Assembly: GCF_000143415.4 (NCBI RefSeq)
Contig: NW_003314285.1
Location: forward strand, 1,747,471 to 1,811,470
Direction of reading: 5' to 3'
DNA: 64,000 bases
Source of the DNA: Selaginella moellendorffii
Taxonomy: Eukaryota > Plantae > Lycopodiophyta
Shown here: positions 1-12,231 of the stretch, piece by piece
Layout: each line of letters starts with the position of its first letter
How positions within the stretch are numbered: the first letter of the stretch is position 1
Program-made: the position numbers and the translations under genes
The notes under the pieces: generated by a model
Told to the model about the DNA's origin: nothing
What the model saw: only the letters and a program-made list of their open reading frames with translations
Databases searched by the model: none

Positions 1-1990
1 CATCCGGATCAGCGTCCACACAGGATCTCGCCACCTCCACAAAGTTGAGAGCTATGTCCCAAGGGACCGCATTGTCCAAGATGGGATCAGCCCAGTGCTT
101 GAGCTTCTCAATCTTCTCATCATTGTCGTCACCAGCAAACCCGTCGGTCAGCTTCACAAACGCGTCGGCCAAGTACTGCTTTTCCGAGCCGGTGCCCGTG
201 CTGAGAATGGCCTCCCGTCCCGTGAAGAGCTCCAGCAGTACAACGCCGAAGGCATATACGTCCACTTTGGTGGTGACAAAACCATGCGTCAGGTACTCCG
301 GAGACATATATCCCTGCGTTCCGGCAATGTGCTTGGTGAGAGCCGCATCGTTCACCAGTCTGGCCATCCCGAAGTTGGCAACTTTGGCACGCAGATTGGC
401 GTCCAGCAATATGTTGCTGCTCTTCACGTCCTTGTGCACGAAGCTGGGCTTGGTGTAGTCGTGAATGTACTCGAGGCCCGTGGCAACGTCCATAGCTACC
501 TGGAGTCTCGTGTTCCAGCTCAGGAAAGCCGAAGACACCGACGCCGAGCCCATGGGAGCGTTCTCTATCTTAGACATCGCAGTAGCGGCAGGGGTCCTGT
601 TATGGAGGCAGCTGCTCAAGGAGCCATTGTCGGCATACTCGTAAACCAGGAACAGCTTGTCGTCACCGCTGCAAATTCCAATCAGCTTCACCAGGTTGCT
701 GTGGTGGACTTTGCACAGGATTTTCAGCTCCTGGGACGTGGTTCCTCCCTTCATCTCCTTGATGGCAACCAGCTGCTTCCGGAGTATTCCCCGGTAAACA
801 GAACCTTGGATGAGATGAGAAGCACTGAAGTTGTTTGTGGCGTCGCAGAGCTCCTCATACGAGAACACGACTGGCCTCTCCGAGTCGACGAGGCCATGCA
901 TCCCCGCAAGGAGAGGTGCGTGCGGAGACGGCTGCTCTTTCGACGGCTCGGCGTAGCTGCTGCTCACGGAGCTCCCAAACGCGCCAAAGTTGCGGTCATC
1001 CTTGCTGCCGCCGTGGCCATAGCTGGACTTCTGCAAGGACGCCTTCGTCACCTTTCTCGGCCTCCGCCTGTAGAAGATGACGAGCGCCAGGACGACGAGA
1101 AGAACCGCCGCTACGCAGGCCACTGCAATGCCAACGTACATCCCAGTGTTGCTGCCGGAAGACGACGAAGAGTCCGGAGAAGGAGAATTATTTGGGGGAT
1201 TATTCGCGGGAGGCGGAGCCGCCGGCGAAAGCGTCTGGCGAGGCAGCGGTGGCGGGTCTTGGCTCGCCCTTAGCAGCAGTGTCGTGAAGGCTTGCAAGTT
1301 GGAGTCCTGGACAGCACTCCCGGACACCGTATTATCGGAAGCTAGCCGAGTCCGTGAAACGTTCCAGGCCCTGGCGATCCCGTCCAAGATCTCCCCCGGC
1401 CAGATGCTGTAAGTCACCAGCGACGTCACCCCCGCGGCGACTTGTGCGGAGCTCGGGCATGCGCAGCGGATGGGGAAGACTATCGAATCGCCAGGCTGCA
1501 AGTTCGTGGGAACCGCCAGTGGGTTTGCGCGCTCCACCGCCTGGTACGTCGTCAATCCTTGGAAGGTCCCGTTGGAGACGAGATAGAGCGTATCTCCTGA
1601 CTGGATGATGTAGGTGGCGTTGAACTGGGAGCGTCCGGAGGCGCAGGAGCAGTTCAAGGGGATGAGGAGGACCTGGTCGGGGACGAGCGTCGCGGACTGG
1701 GCGATTTGCGAGGCCTCGGCGAGCTGCTCCACGCTCAATCGAAAGCGGAGGCCGACCGACTGGAGAGTGTCGCCCTGGAGAGCTCGGTACGCTGCGTAGG
1801 CCTGGCAGGAAGTGGAGTTACTGACGCAGCTATAGCCCTCTTGGTCGGATTCGATGTAGGCTTGCTGGGCATTCGCGGATGGATCGCTCCATAGCAGCAG
1901 GAGAACCAGCAAAGCGGTGGAGATCATCCCGAGCAGTGGCGATGGCGATCGCCGCAGCGGCATCGGAAATCTAGCCCCCGCGATCGCCAT
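1..1990 (-). CDS. LysM receptor-like kinase, LYK4/LYK5 (LYR)-type probable pseudokinase; 3' end lies outside the window
   Basis: Manual minus-strand translation from ATG 1990: signal peptide, LysM regions separated by CxC motifs (LNCSC, IRCAC), TM segment, kinase with IQGSVYRG, VAIK, HKDVKSSN, ANFG and GTQGYMSPEY. No intron seen. Missing from the ORF track because it has no stop in the window. Confidence 0.9.
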   Translation of the reverse strand, partial: MAIAGARFPMPLRRSPSPLLGMISTALLVLLLLWSDPSANAQQAYIESDQEGYSCVSNSTSCQAYAAYRALQGDTLQSVGLRFRLSVEQLAEASQIAQSATLVPDQVLLIPLNCSCASGRSQFNATYIIQSGDTLYLVSNGTFQGLTTYQAVERANPLAVPTNLQPGDSIVFPIRCACPSSAQVAAGVTSLVTYSIWPGEILDGIARAWNVSRTRLASDNTVSGSAVQDSNLQAFTTLLLRASQDPPPLPRQTLSPAAPPPANNPPNNSPSPDSSSSSGSNTGMYVGIAVACVAAVLLVVLALVIFYRRRPRKVTKASLQKSSYGHGGSKDDRNFGAFGSSVSSSYAEPSKEQPSPHAPLLAGMHGLVDSERPVVFSYEELCDATNNFSASHLIQGSVYRGILRKQLVAIKEMKGGTTSQELKILCKVHHSNLVKLIGICSGDDKLFLVYEYADNGSLSSCLHNRTPAATAMSKIENAPMGSASVSSAFLSWNTRLQVAMDVATGLEYIHDYTKPSFVHKDVKSSNILLDANLRAKVANFGMARLVNDAALTKHIAGTQGYMSPEYLTHGFVTTKVDVYAFGVVLLELFTGREAILSTGTGSEKQYLADAFVKLTDGFAGDDNDEKIEKLKHWADPILDNAVPWDIALNFVEVARSCVDADPD

Positions 1991-2406
1991 TGGAATGGGA
2001 AAAGATTTAGAAGTCACCCACCTATGTCATGCGGCTCGAGGCTAGCAGCGAATCTTCTTCCACGGAGCGTTCGTCCTAGGCGATGGCCGCCATAGCCAGT
2101 CCTTCCAATTAGCGAGACAGTGTTAAACGATCCAGTCAACTATGGCGATGCCACGCTGGCGGGGCTCCATTGGGTCGTACATGTGCCGGGGCTGACACGT
2201 AACGTCTCGAGCTTGACCGAACACCGAGTGGGATTTGGTGCCCCATTCAAGCACGGGTCAACACGGCGGGAAGTTTCGACAATTACAAGGGAAGATTTGG
2301 AGATGTGGTCGCAATTAAACAGTAATCTTTGTCAGATCTATTGGCTCCTCAATAGGATAATTTGGTTCTTGACAGCCATGTTTATGGTCTTATAATTGCC
2401 CAAAAA

Positions 2407-2570
2407 AATGCCACATTCCTATGTATTGCAATTGCCCCCAATGCAATGCCAGCAAATGCCACATTCAGGCAAATACTATCTCTCAATATACAATTTTTAT
2501 TCCCCCAATGCAATGCCAGAAAATGCCACATTCAGGTAAATTATAATACGTCTTGCAATTTCCCAATGCG
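2407..2570. repeat. Degenerate tandem repeat, 3 copies of AAATGCCACATTC with interspersed CCCAATGC
   Basis: Copies visible near 2407, 2454 and 2521. Confidence 0.7.
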
Positions 2571-3583
2571 CTTAAGACTTTGATTCATTACATTTCCTGA
2601 AATATTCCACTAATACAGCAAATACCCAATGTGGGTATTACTTGAATGATTGTACTTGGTCTTCTACCGTACAAGATCCACATGCATGCATGCATGCGTG
2701 CATGAATGTGCTTTCTCTCTTCCCTCGTCTCGTCATGGCTCCATGATGACTATTATTGACCACGATACAAAGATGGCGCGGCCATGCATGGCTCTGGCGG
2801 TCCCTCCCATCCGACGGTACCAAATCGCCAGGAATCAATCTGCGTCCGTCGGTTTATGCCTGTCTTTGCGTGTCATCCATGTCCCTTATTCCTGCTGCAC
2901 AAAGCTCGGCTCGGAAAAACTCTCTTTCCATTAAGAAAAGAAAGGGCTTTTCTCGTTCCGATTGATTCCTCTTTTGCCAGCGATGATCTCTCATCCGGCC
3001 TTGTTTATGCCTTTTTATTGAGCTTCTCACCAACGGGAGGTACAAAGGATTCTCCAAACTGCTAGTAAAAAAATTGTGATCTTGCAACGGTGTTCGAGGC
3101 ATTGAGCAGAGCAACACAACACTGCACAGGCTTTGGCGGCAGTGCTGCCTCTTTTCTCCATTGTTTCTTTTGGTCATTGCCATCTTCTCGTGGATATTTT
3201 TTTTCCTCTTGATTGATTGACGCGGTGGTGGTGTTGTTTTCTTTCTTTTCTTTCGAATTGGCATCCGTAAGCCTCTGCATATCAAGCTGCAATCAGTGCA
3301 GATAAAGCACAGGAATCATTTTGTAGAAAAGCAAAAGGCGGGTGTACACACACGGCGCGCTGCAGCAGAGTAGTCACGAGATTGATAGATTACCTCCAAT
3401 CGAACATGGGCTCCAACGAGACAATTGGCACTGCCCGAGAAAGAAAACACACTTAAAAGAACGTTGGTGAAATGGTCAACTCAAAATGCCTTGAAATGGC
3501 ATTTGCTGGCAGCGCCACACTTGGCTAATCACAATGACATTTTCGAATCAAACACACACAAAAAGGTAAACCCGGTGATCTAT

Positions 3584-5702
3584 CTAGACAACCCCAGATG
3601 CCAGAGTCGTGAGAGTAGCAGCGAATTCTTTGTGGGCTGCTCCAACTCCCAGGAAATCGTGCGTGAAAGTGGTGTCGACGCTGCTGGAGTTCGGGTTGAA
3701 ACTCCCGTGTTGCTGCTGCTGGTGCGGCTGATGATGGTGATCGCTAAACATGACCATTTGATCCGTTAATCCATGGAACTGGTCACCACTGTTGAAACTT
3801 TTGGAATGCTCCACGCTGTTGGCGATGGTGCTTTCGTTCATTGCCGCTTGCCACAAGCTATAAGCCGCAGTCGTAGACGATGTGGAAGGAGACGACGAAG
3901 AGGAATCCAATCCTGCTGGCCTGGCCGCAGACAAGTTACTCGTCGTCGCTCCCATCTGCGAAGCCTTCAAAAGCAATGCCGTGGCTGACATAGCAGCCGT
4001 GGTACTGCCCGGGAAGTGTGAATGCGAGCACAAGAGCTGCGTGTTTGCTGCCGATGACAGCGAAATCAAGCTACTGTTGCTGTTGCTGCTGTTTAATCCT
4101 CGTTGGCTGCTCGCGAGCTCCGTTGCTGATGTTGTCATCGTACCACCGCTGCTACTGTTGCTGTTGCTGTTGTTGCTGACCGAGAGGATGGAAGTTAAGT
4201 AGCCACCACCACCACCACCGTGAACGTTGCCTGAATGCTGCTCAGCCACCAAGCTCTTCAAGAGCAGTAATTGTTGTTCTTCGTGATCGTGACACTCGAG
4301 CTGTTGCTGATCTTGCTTGCTTCCAGGCGCTGACGTCCAAAGTGACAGGCCGGTTGACGCAGTCGCCGGCCAGTGGTGACTCTCTGTAGTTTGAGGTGGT
4401 GACGAGTCCGATCCGATGCTCTTGGAGACGACCGAGTCGCACAAGCTCTCGTTGCCGCCGGCGGTGTTGTGATTGAGCAGGCTTTGCTGGGAGGAGAGGC
4501 AGCTTACGCCACTGGACGCGGCATCTGGCTGGGCTTGCTGGGCTTCTGCTTGCTGCTTCTGGGCCGCTGAGATTCGAGCACTCTCCTCGGCCAGAGCGTC
4601 ACAGAAAGCTCGGTGTGTGATAAAGCTATCCCTCCTGTATGAACAGTTCGAGCGATTCATGATGTCAAGATCATGGAAGAAAATGGGATCATAGAAAACT
4701 GCATCCATACCTCGAGAACAAAGTGCCACAGTCGCAACGATATTCTCTCGTCCCACACGTCTTGCAGTGAGCCTTCCAGTCGGACTGGACGGCATACTTC
4801 TTGGAGCACTTGTCACACTTCCACTTCTTCTCGCCGTGCTTGCGGCAAAAGTGCTTCTTGATGCCCGTCAGGTCGCCCAGCGCTCGAGACGGGTCGTGGT
4901 GGACGCAGCTGGGCTCCGGGCACACATAGACGCGCTTGCGAACATCTTTGCTGCTTCGCTGCCGGAGCTTCCACGGCAAATTGTGGCCCCGACGGTGGAG
5001 CTGGAGGTTCTGGTCTCGCTGGAAGCCTTTGTTGCAAATCTCGCAGATAAATCTGTTGGTGGCCATCAAGGTCTTGGGAGACAAGGCGATTACCTCGGCC
5101 TCCGGATCTGGAAATAAGCCACACCCCACTGGAAGTTAGCACACCAACTTGGTGATGAATCGCTGCTGCAGTAAAAAGCTTTCTAAAGAACTTAGCATGG
5201 AAGAAAACTTTACGGGAAGAAAGAAAGTGGTGGAAGAAAAGGAGGAAACTTTCCGGCGAGAAAACTTACCAGGTGTTCCAGGGAGGCTTCGTTTTCTCTT
5301 GTAAGCAGCGGCAGCGGCGGCGGCCGAGGAAGCAGTAGCAGCAGCTTGGAGCGAAGCCACCATGAGATGCTGTTGATGGTGACGATGATTCGACTGATAA
5401 ACATCACCGGGCGACGAATCACCAGCAGTGGAAGCCGAGGTTGTCAAATTGGAGAGGCACTCCACGTCCTGCCCGTGTTGATGCTTGTTGAGCTGCTGCA
5501 AGCCATGGTACTGCTGCTGCTGCTGGTAATCGTGATCCCTCGTCGAGGAGTGGAAGCCAGCACCACGAAAGTTGTAGCCCCGGCATGGCAAATTCGCAGC
5601 CTCCAGGCCGGGAGTTTGCCACCAAGAGGGATCTTGAGCAGCCGGGGACGCCATAGCTGGAGCTTGGTGATCGGGGACTAGAAGATTTTGGCAATGGAGC
5701 AT
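3584..5702 (-). CDS. IDD: INDETERMINATE-domain (IDD/BIRD) zinc-finger transcription factor; exons ~5702-5270, 5107-4711, 4634-3584
   Basis: KRKRSLPGTP|DPEAEVIALSPK, FICEICNKGFQRDQNLQLHRRGH, CDCGTLFSR|RDSFITHRAFC, C-terminal MSATALLLKA and THDFLG motifs; GT-AG junctions keep frame. Start could also be 5654. Confidence 0.95.
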
Positions 5703-8635
5703 CGACTCCGCGGCTATCGAGACGGTCGTTCTCTCAGGTGATATACCTCGGACGATCGAGGAGATCAAGCTCTCATAACAAGCAAGCTTTCATAACAAGA
5801 ACAAGACAAGCAAGCGAGAAAGAAGAAGAAGAAGCACAGTGATGATTATGAAGAGCCACGGGAGAAGAATCCATAGCTTGGACGCTCCATTTGGCTCCGC
5901 CCTGGTTAAGATCCAGCGAAACAGCAGTGAAGGGGTCTTCTTCTACTTGTCCTCCACTGCCCACCTGTACGAAAACCGGCACATAAATTTGTGACCACGT
6001 CTTGGCCCAAAAAAACGGTACGAATCCCACCCTTGTCTTTGTCGCATCCGTTTTGGCCACCCTCGCTTTGGCTTGCAAACAAAGCAAACGGAGTTCTTCT
6101 CCCTGGCCTGGTAGAAAATCAGTTTTTTGGCTTAGAAAAGAGAGGAGAATTTCGATCAGGAGAATCGAATAGAATGTAGATGGTGGCCAAAACAAATTCT
6201 CCATTTTGATCTACAAAGTTGGCAAAACAAAATGGAGGAAGCGACACACAAACACGCACACACACAACGCATCGTTTTTTGTTGGTATTCTCATAGCCGA
6301 AGCACACGACAGGCCCGTCTTATTGCATTGGATTCCAGAAGAATTCAAGCGAGCGAGAAAATTTTGTCCTTTGTGTGTTTTTTTTTCTTTCCTTCTCTCT
6401 TGGTGGGTGTCATGGTCTCGTTTGTCTCTTCTCCAATCTCGCATCAATTGTCTCGTTCCGAATTTTATGATCGACGTGAAAAAATGTTGAAGTTTTTTTG
6501 AGCCATAATAATAGTAATTAATATCAATATAATAATCCAGGGTGTAATCAGCAATGTAATGATGGCCGTGCAATGTCAACGTTGCATCATTCAACAAACG
6601 CACATACAGCGGCAAAAAAAGAATTGCTCGCACTCATACACACGCAACCGCGGATGATTATAAAATGCCCACAATGCTTTCATAAAATAAGGAAAAAGAT
6701 CAAATCGCCCAACGTTGAAAGTCAGACGGGGTGATGATCATGGGATCCCCAATTTTTTTGTTAGGAAATCCCTCTAGTGCCGTACGTTTGATCGAGACTT
6801 TGAGCAGCCATGATCACGGGGGGAGATTTGGCACTCGTTCAACGAACGATGATCAGCCCAATCTTCATTTTATTCTCCTGGTGCCACCCAAGTAAGTTCT
6901 TTTATATGCACTCTGGCGACGCTGGATGATCCCGATGCCAAATCTCCTCCCTCGCCTTTGAGAGGAATAAACTTTTCCTTGTTTTACATTGATTCCCTTG
7001 CTACAGAAAGGGAATATAACACTTTTCAATGCGCCACCCGTACAAGCAAGGTATGATACTAGTTGAGACTTGTATAACATATTTAATCTTCTAATTCACA
7101 AGTATACTAATGCATGGGCTAGATCTTGCCTCGAGAATCGCTTTAAGATGGTGGTGGTGGTGGCGCTGTGTGGCGGTGCTGTGGCAGAGAAGCACTTGTA
7201 CCAAAAAAGAGAGAGTTCGGGTTTAGATAACTCGGACAAGTAGTGGTGACAACACAACAAGCGCTTCAACTCAAGAGACTTGGATGGAATCAATCGGCGT
7301 GAACAAGTATTTTAAAATGGCTCTTTGGCTGAATCGATCAAGGTCCAAAAGAAAACAAAGGAGAAAAAAAACCTCTCTAGTCAACGAAGGCTAAGGGCCC
7401 TGTTATAGTCAGCCACTGGCAAAATCTTGGAAACATTGCCATGCACAGAGAGCTATCTATATACCCTGCTTCGAAGCGAGATTCTCTCGTTTGTCTCCTT
7501 GTTGCTTGTCTGGTTTTGTATGTAGCGTTGGCTAAACCATATGAAATCCAAACATGTCCAGATCAAAGCTTTCTTTCGTGGTATTTTTTTTCTCTAATCC
7601 CGCCACCCCTTTAGATTGCGATCGCACTGTAGGAATTTGGGGCATTTTTGTTGCGAGCCAGCCAGTCGAGTGGTGCAAAACGAAAGGGACACTGTTCTTC
7701 AGCTTTAGGCCTTGTCTGTTTATGCCTAGGGAATTTCTCTCCGTAGCCAACTTACAAAAGAAGATACAAACACGAAAAAAAAAAAGAGGAGAGACAAGAG
7801 CTCGACAAAATAAGCCTCTTCCAAACAATATGATCTTAAATCTTGGCTCGAGGCCATTGTTTGCACGCACTCCGGGGTTTGATCACAATCTCAAGTGATC
7901 CTTCTCAGTTGAAGTTAATACGTGATCGAGAAAGACAAAAGGCGCAACCTGCCCACCCCTGTCTTTGTCTACATTCTCCCAAGCACACAAAAATCCATAA
8001 AAACTCGCGAATGGGACGACACAACAAGGCAAAGCTAGCAAGCAAGCAAGCAAGAAAACAAAGCTGGAAGTAAAGCGCAAGAACAAACAGACGGTATCCT
8101 TCTGGACAGCAAATGCCCGCTTATATGCAAATGCCCGCTTATGTGCTGTTTTAGATCTTTAGAACGCAACACTTCACTTGTTCTACTTCCATTCTCGGTC
8201 ATCTAAAGCTAAGATTCCCCACTAGATATCCAGTCAAATAGATTCCTCCCAAGTACTTACTTGTCTTGATGGGGTTGTTTGACCAGTCAAACTATTACTT
8301 TCTCCTGGCATTTAAGCTGATTTACTTCCTGGATGGACCGTGGGGTCAGTCAGAGAATAGTCCACGATCACCATCATCATGACGTCTAAGGGGAGACAGC
8401 CCTAAATTATGAGACCTTGTCTGACCCAAGAGGTCCACACCTTCAGTACCCACAGTCAGTTCCATTCCTTCCAGTGACAGTGAGTATGAGTGGGCTGCCA
8501 CTAACAACGTTAGTAGTAGTAGTAGTATAGTAGCATAGCTCCTGTATGTTTGCCCTACCACCTTCTCTATATCTATAAGTTAGCATAGTACTTAGTACTA
8601 CCTTTTCTTTTAAAATGTAGAGAAATTATGGATGG

Positions 8636-10306
8636 ATGGACACGAGAAGGGCGGAGTGTTTGCAGCTGATTAGATCTTGCAAGACGGTTCCAGCACTGCG
8701 TGATGTGCATTCGAGGATCACGGCTCTGGTGGATCCAGACGATGTGTTTGTGTGGAACAAGGTGGTGGACGTGTACGGGCGGTGTGGAAGCCCAGAGCTG
8801 GCACGGCAGACTTTCGATGGAATCCAGAACAAGGACTCTTTTTCGTGGGCGATTCTTCTCTCGGTCTATGCCCGGAACGGGCATGTGCACGACGCCGAGC
8901 TTGCATTTGATCAAATCCCCGCCAGGGACACGGTTTCGTGGAACTCCATGCTTTCTGCATATGCCCAAAGCAGGCAACTTGAAAGCTCGACGCTCTTTTT
9001 CTGCGAGATGCCAGAACACAACGTGGTGTCATGGAATCTAATGCTTAATCTCTATGCACAGCGTGGTTCCGTAGAATCCACGAAGAAATTATTTGATCAA
9101 GCCCCAGAAAGAAACTTAATCACATGGACTGCCATGCTCACTGCATATACTAGGAATGGGTATTTAGAAGAAGCAAAACATTTGTTTCATTCTATGCCGG
9201 AGCACGATCTTGTGTCTTGTACAGCTATGCTAGCAAGTTTTTCACATTTTTCTTGTTTAGAAGATGCTGAATCTCTTTTTGATAAAATGCCGGAGTTGGA
9301 TCTAGTGTCTTGGACAGCCATGCTAACAGCATATGCCGGAGCAGGGCATCTTGCAAAAGCGGAGCAGATCTTTATCGACATGCCGCAGCAGAATCTTGTC
9401 TCGTGGACAGCTATGGTAGCAGCTTATGCGTCTGCCAGTAAACTTGAAAATGCTAAGAAGGTGTTCGAAAATATGCCAGAGAAAAACGTAATCTCATGGA
9501 ACTCTCTCCTTGCAGCATATTCCCAAAACGGGCATATTGAAGAAGCAAAGCACACGTTCGATTCAATGCCAGTTCGGGACCTCATTGCGTGGAACTCCAT
9601 ACTGGGCTCTTACACGGGAATCGGAGACATCGAGTTTGCGGAAAGAATCTTCGCTCAGATGCCCGAGCGGGACTATGTCTCGTGGACATCTGTGTTGGGA
9701 ATGTATGCCGAGAATGGTCAAATGGCCTTAGCGGAACAAATCTTCCATGGAATGCCCTTTCGAACCTTGATTTCTTGGAACAGCCTCTTGTCCGGGTATG
9801 CAAAGAATTCCCGTCTGAATCAAGCAAGGGGCCTCTTTGAAATGATGCCAGAGAGAAACTTGTTTACCTGGAATGCTTTTCTCGCAGCATTTGCTCAAAG
9901 CGGTCATCTTTCTCGCCAGGCGCTGGAGTTTTTCCACCAGCTCAAGACGATCGATCTTCCCGACTCCGTGTGCTTCGTATCGGCCCTGGTAGCTTGCAGT
10001 CGCTGCGGTGACATGGAACTCGCCAGATCGATCTTCGTGTCAATGGGCTTTGATTTTGGAATCCAGCAAATGATGCAGCACTACTCGTGCCTGGTGGATC
10101 TGCTCAGCCGATCTGGCCGAGTGAGGGACGCGCGCAGCGTCGTCGCGGAGATGCCCTTTGCGCCGCGCATGATGGATTGGCGCTGCCTGCTGGGCGCGTG
10201 CAAGAGCCACAAGGAGATAGAGACCGGATCTAGAGCGGCAGAGAAAGCGCTGGAAATTAACGCCCATCACGCGGCAGCCTATTTACTCGCAGTGGACATG
10301 CTCTAA
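8636..10306 (+). CDS. PLS-class PPR protein with long run of 31-aa S/SS-type motifs and short E-like tail, no DYW
   Basis: 556-aa intronless ORF; repeating F..MPE.(D/N)LVSW.AML.AY..G; HYSCLVDLLSRSG, W..LLGAC. Confidence 0.92.
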   Translation: MDTRRAECLQLIRSCKTVPALRDVHSRITALVDPDDVFVWNKVVDVYGRCGSPELARQTFDGIQNKDSFSWAILLSVYARNGHVHDAELAFDQIPARDTVSWNSMLSAYAQSRQLESSTLFFCEMPEHNVVSWNLMLNLYAQRGSVESTKKLFDQAPERNLITWTAMLTAYTRNGYLEEAKHLFHSMPEHDLVSCTAMLASFSHFSCLEDAESLFDKMPELDLVSWTAMLTAYAGAGHLAKAEQIFIDMPQQNLVSWTAMVAAYASASKLENAKKVFENMPEKNVISWNSLLAAYSQNGHIEEAKHTFDSMPVRDLIAWNSILGSYTGIGDIEFAERIFAQMPERDYVSWTSVLGMYAENGQMALAEQIFHGMPFRTLISWNSLLSGYAKNSRLNQARGLFEMMPERNLFTWNAFLAAFAQSGHLSRQALEFFHQLKTIDLPDSVCFVSALVACSRCGDMELARSIFVSMGFDFGIQQMMQHYSCLVDLLSRSGRVRDARSVVAEMPFAPRMMDWRCLLGACKSHKEIETGSRAAEKALEINAHHAAAYLLAVDML

Positions 10307-10386
10307 GAGCCCAAAAAAGTCAACGTAAGTCAACGCAATACTTACGAAGTAAGTCCTCCTTGATACATTCGAATGCTTCCTCTAGA

Positions 10387-12000
10387 ATGGGCATCGAGCT
10401 TCTCAAATCCGCCAAGAACTTGCCAATGCTCCAAGAGGCTCACTCTCGCCTCGAATCTCGTCTCGCCACCGATGTCTTCCTGTCCAACATTCTCATCCAA
10501 ATGTATGGGAAGCACGGGAGTGCCGAGAATGCGCGCCTCGTCTTCGACCGCACCTATCCCAAGGACAAGTTCTCCTGGAATCTCATGCTCGCAGCTTACA
10601 CCCGAAATGGGCTCCTCCGCGACGCCTCGGATCTCTTCGAGAGGATGCGAGACAAGGATCTCGTCTCGTGGAACACGCTTCTCTCGGCATATGCCCAGAG
10701 AGGGCTTCTCGAAAAAACCAAGCGCGTGTTTGATCTTATGCCGGAACGAGATCTCGTTTCGTGGACTGCTATGCTTACGTGCTACACCTGGAATGGTTTT
10801 CTTGAGGAATCTAAGAGTATCTTTGATGCGATGCCTGAAAGAGATCTTGTCTCATGGACTGCGATGCTCTCAACATATGCCCAAGACGGGTATTTGGAAT
10901 ACGCAGAGAAAGTCTTCAACGAGATGCGGGAGCACGATTTAGCATCGCTTAATGCAATGCTGTGTGCCTACTCACACAGTCTTCAGATCGATCAAGCAAA
11001 GTCCGTGTTTGATTCGATGCCGGAGTGTGATCTCGTTTCGTGGACTGCCATGCTTACTGCATATGCCCAAAACGGGCTTCTCGATCAGGCAAAGGAGGTG
11101 TTTGATAACATGATGGAGAAAAACTTGGTGTCGTGGAATGCAATTCTAGCAGCGTATTCGCAAAGAGGACATATGGAGGAGGCCAAAATGTTGCTGGATC
11201 AGATGCCGGAGCGGAACATGAGCTCCTACAACGTGATGCTTTACGGGTATGCTCAGAAAGGACATCTCGAGTTTACGAAACACCTCTTTGACACAATGGT
11301 CGATCGGGACTTAATCTCCTGGACAGTCATGATCTCCGCATACTCGCTCCAAGGCTACCTTGACGAAGCCAAGCATCTCTTCTACGGCTGGATGCAAGAG
11401 AGAGACTTGGTCGCGTGGAGCACAATGCTCACGGCCTATGTCGACAATGGACACCACGAACAAGGAAAGAAGGTGTTTGATGCAATGCCGGAGAGAAACG
11501 TCGTGCTGTGGAACTCAATGCTCGCGGCTTACTCCCACAAGGGAGAGTCGAGCTTGGCAATGCTCTTGTTTGAAACCATGAAACTCCTCGCGAGACCAGA
11601 CGAGGTCTCGTTTATCTGCGTTTTCCTCGCGTGTAGCCATGCCGGTGACGTTCAATCCGGGTGGTCGATCTTTGTGTCAATGAGCATGGACTTTGGGATA
11701 AAGCCTGTGCGGCACCACTACAGTGGAATGGTGGACTTGCTGTCAAGATCCGGGAAGCTCGAGGATGCCGAGGAACTCATCTGGACAATGCCGTTCGTTC
11801 CCGGTGGACTGGACTGGAGATCCTTGCTGAGCGGGTGTAGGAGCTACAGAGACGACGAGAGAGCTGCCAAGGCGAGCAAGCAAGTGATGCAAATCGAGCC
11901 CGAGCACTCGGCGTCCTACATCCTGTTGTCAAACATGTTCTTGGTGAACAAACGCAGCAACCAGGTGAAAAGAAGGCTGCTCCTCGAGCTTGCCAGCTAG
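10387..12000 (+). CDS. PLS-class PPR protein (S/SS-type array, E1/E2 tail), tandem paralog of 8636-10306
   Basis: Intronless ORF, first ATG at 10387; same repeat; ends ASYILLSNMF. Confidence 0.92.
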   Translation: MGIELLKSAKNLPMLQEAHSRLESRLATDVFLSNILIQMYGKHGSAENARLVFDRTYPKDKFSWNLMLAAYTRNGLLRDASDLFERMRDKDLVSWNTLLSAYAQRGLLEKTKRVFDLMPERDLVSWTAMLTCYTWNGFLEESKSIFDAMPERDLVSWTAMLSTYAQDGYLEYAEKVFNEMREHDLASLNAMLCAYSHSLQIDQAKSVFDSMPECDLVSWTAMLTAYAQNGLLDQAKEVFDNMMEKNLVSWNAILAAYSQRGHMEEAKMLLDQMPERNMSSYNVMLYGYAQKGHLEFTKHLFDTMVDRDLISWTVMISAYSLQGYLDEAKHLFYGWMQERDLVAWSTMLTAYVDNGHHEQGKKVFDAMPERNVVLWNSMLAAYSHKGESSLAMLLFETMKLLARPDEVSFICVFLACSHAGDVQSGWSIFVSMSMDFGIKPVRHHYSGMVDLLSRSGKLEDAEELIWTMPFVPGGLDWRSLLSGCRSYRDDERAAKASKQVMQIEPEHSASYILLSNMFLVNKRSNQVKRRLLLELAS

Positions 12001-12231
12001 GAAATCGAAACTACTGGAACGACTGACGTAGAAACTCCATCAACCATCTTGCACGTCCGACAAAGGTTCGAAAGCGTTAAGCGTCCAAACGAGGACGTCC
12101 CAAACGAGGAGTGACTCAACACTCCACCATACTCCAAAGTCATCCAAGTCAGAGAGCTATGAGGCATTTCCTCGTTTTGTTTTGAAAGAGATGCTGCTTC
12201 CTGCGGGATTCTGGAGAAAAAGCGCATGGTA

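Noticed and set aside
95-1273. 392-aa plus-strand ORF
   Set aside because: Antisense shadow of the GC-rich LysM-RLK; the same applies to 51113-52216, 52496-53365 and 53585-54445 opposite PPR genes
8110-8142. 18-bp tandem duplication GCAAATGCCCGCTTAT
   Set aside because: Simple slippage duplication with no further structure
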